DNA from: Planctomycetota bacterium
GTDB taxonomy: Bacteria; Planctomycetota; PLA2
Length of the DNA stretch: 64,000 bases
Assembly (NCBI GenBank): GCA_021776735.1
Contig: JAJFFH010000041.1
Location: 61,553-125,552, forward strand
Direction of reading: 5' to 3'
This document shows, one piece after another, positions 63,401 to 64,000 of this stretch. A model generated the notes under the pieces. The model was given only the letters and a program-made list of their open reading frames with translations, was not told where the DNA came from and did no database searches. Each line of letters opens with the position of its first letter. Position 1 is the stretch's first letter. The position numbers were made by a program, and so were the translations under genes.

Positions 63401-64000
63401 TCGAACTGCGCGGACTGCGCGACGCCTCCTACCGCATCACGGTCGGCGGCCGCGGTTCGATCACGCGCACGAGTAGACCAATGCGGCCCGGACGCGCGGG
63501 ACTGGTGCTCACGGTACGTCGCGCGCGAGCGGGCGAGGACGAGATCCATCCGCGGCCTGTTGAGGGCGACGGCGTTCTCGCGGGGCATGTGGTCGACTTC
63601 TCCGGGCACGGGATAGCGGACGCGAAGATTCGGGTGCAGTGGAAACGGGGAATGCGTGCCGGCACAACCAACGCGGACGGCGCCTTCTCGATCCGCGGAC
63701 TGGCCGACGGCGAGTACCGCGTCTCCGCCAACCTGCCCGGAGGCTGGTTCCCCCAGTCCATCGACGGCGTGAAACCGGGCACAACGACGCTGCGGCTGGA
63801 GTTCGGTACGGTGACCGGGGTCGTCGTGGACGAAAACGGACAACCGGTCGCCGGCGTCGCGCTCCGGGCGCATCCACGGCCCTTCAACTCCAAACGCGGC
63901 TTTCGCGAGGTCCGCACGGGCCAAGACGGCCGGTTCACGATTACGGGCCTCTTGCGCGAGCAATACAAGCTGACGTTGAAACAGGAGCGCGGGCAGCCGG
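60496..64000 (+). CDS. ECF sigma-70 factor fused in one polypeptide to a TM helix and a long array of carboxypeptidase-regulatory-like (CarboxypepD_reg) beta-sandwich repeats (partial; continues past the window end)
   Basis: The ATG at 60496 opens a frame that is stop-free to position 64000 (>1167 codons). Sigma region 2 is ALLAHRDFVRALVLRLVGEPHAADDVVQETWLAALQ, and region 4 is TLLLRYYDDLAPREVAARLGVPAATVRTRLKRGL. The TM helix is ALAAAALLLAALLGFW. At least 8 repeats follow of the pattern G-x-V-x-D-x-x-G-x-P-x-x-G-A-x-V...DG-x-F/Y...L-x-x-G-x-Y (e.g. GTVRDDTGAPWPGVAVWL, GVVTRTDTGAPVAGATVEI, GRVTNDTDDPVAGALVSV, GRVLDADSGEPIAGARIRT, GHVVDFSGHGIADAKIRV, GVVVDENGQPVAGVALRA). It is absent from the ORF track because there is no in-window stop. 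Confidence 0.75.
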   Translation, partial: MTARSRIDPEALLAHRDFVRALVLRLVGEPHAADDVVQETWLAALQNAPARPRSLRAWLARVARNLALRHARREVRLRQRARKAPQPDAPRDPAGALERVHAEHAVVAALLELDEPYRTTLLLRYYDDLAPREVAARLGVPAATVRTRLKRGLDTLRARLDQQHGGPDGGRRAWALPLIPLLIPIAAVKGAAATTGGIVLMTGKGKALAAAALLLAALLGFWKLSDRAGTPRARTDAERPTQGGPITRKQTDSDVPEPARDRATVAVAVRVLDPDGHPVPDAQVGAYAMAHIELGVPLFTGQDDLFAVSKPVLTRRTDAAGEASFPLPLSTSTVFEATAQSHARARSRVVALPAGSTAPPPVVLHLRPAHALTGTVRDDTGAPWPGVAVWLTSPTFGQRLPVRELAARTITDKLGRYRFGDSAAGDYGLWCGSPAASPSRRAIVRLPHVTVFDVVLPRGGCVHGVVTRTDTGAPVAGATVEIHGVKGSLTKVRTNAQGEYRVAHLGGRAVFRIRARAAGLCLRLENNGQDHRWIPLGADETYRHDLKLESAPEVYGVVRGPDGPLAGIAIAAYHQAPQWHLNGARTVTDSEGRYRLSVAPVRHQLSAAGGGFAVPANQQWLRPLDQATGSEPFVVDVPERGAIRCDLELASMRAGGIRLAGRVTNDTDDPVAGALVSVFMQRTWTDAAGAFELDGIKGEQTWVVVAADGFRTIQKSIAVRSGSPISLTLERARTVTGRVTAGDGATLDDAAVLIAVLPRGWARTRDRAAKFDALWSRAERVRAARDGSFTFTVVDGRLRYVRATARGRSLGPPVALGSGDTELVLTVPEGGARTGRVLDADSGEPIAGARIRTQGIGAARHNPFAKDGDAFGPNAPVVAVSAADGTFVVARAPTHRVRVAVEAFGYRPHEVVADESIGEVRLAPNAVGLAGTVRYDDGAPAIGLVVFADPADGKSRRVSGLGTSPTGRFELRGLRDASYRITVGGRGSITRTSRPMRPGRAGLVLTVRRARAGEDEIHPRPVEGDGVLAGHVVDFSGHGIADAKIRVQWKRGMRAGTTNADGAFSIRGLADGEYRVSANLPGGWFPQSIDGVKPGTTTLRLEFGTVTGVVVDENGQPVAGVALRAHPRPFNSKRGFREVRTGQDGRFTITGLLREQYKLTLKQERGQP

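Noticed and set aside
1-64000. Search for tRNA, rRNA, tmRNA and RNase P by eye (T-loop GGTTCGANTCC, CCA ends, and so on)
   Set aside because: No convincing candidates were found. The only GGTTCGAATC occurrence (43072) is inside the cupin gene, with no acceptor stem. Covariance-model tools would be needed to be definitive.

Overview
This window is a high-GC (about 68%) bacterial chromosomal segment, densely coded on both strands, with no rRNA, tRNA, CRISPR array, transposase or integrase visible by eye. The gene content is consistent with a Planctomycetota/Myxococcota-like genome: a DUF1570-like HExxH protease, a BNR lipoprotein, DUF4331/DUF4198 genes, many ECF sigma factors and a TIGR02436-like four-helix-bundle gene. 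This taxonomic guess is inference only.

Real genes, in order: an envelope polysaccharide block on the minus strand (SAM methyltransferase, a GT4 WecA/MraY-type transferase with a long C-terminal extension, a WbaP-type phosphotransferase, a membrane protein, ispH); secreted proteins; a BNR-repeat lipoprotein; YtoQ; a four-gene overlapping operon (Grx-like lipoprotein, fused E1 alpha-beta TPP dehydrogenase, FabD-like acyltransferase, CPBP protease); rtcB; two ECF sigma/anti-sigma pairs; DUF4331 plus DUF4198; NfeD-flotillin; MOSC; a PilX-like repeat protein; LysR; a 2-hydroxyacid dehydrogenase; two secreted alpha/beta hydrolases; IMPase; a three-gene secreted-protein operon; an LTXXQ periplasmic protein; VIT-vWA, vWA, an OmpR-family regulator and a histidine kinase; an orphan HicB; and, at the window end, an ECF sigma factor fused in one ORF to a TM helix and carboxypeptidase-regulatory-like repeats.

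Many long R/A/G/P-rich ORFs in the six-frame track are antisense artefacts of the high GC and are rejected below.

The most unusual signals are:
- an in-frame TGA inside a U-P-Y-C glutaredoxin-type motif in a lipoprotein-signal ORF, making it a candidate selenoprotein;
- a 16-19 nt motif (AGCAAACGGACGGCGATGTT and its reverse complement) present at least 23 times in 64 kb, in genes and between them, on both strands;
- a family of composite intergenic repeats (CCCCGAT microsatellites, GAACG/CGTTC palindromes, 114-bp tandem units, a TIR-flanked MITE-like element);
- a duplicated histidine-kinase fragment next to a repeat-flanked PD40 gene;
- a low-GC islet with 17-bp direct repeats.
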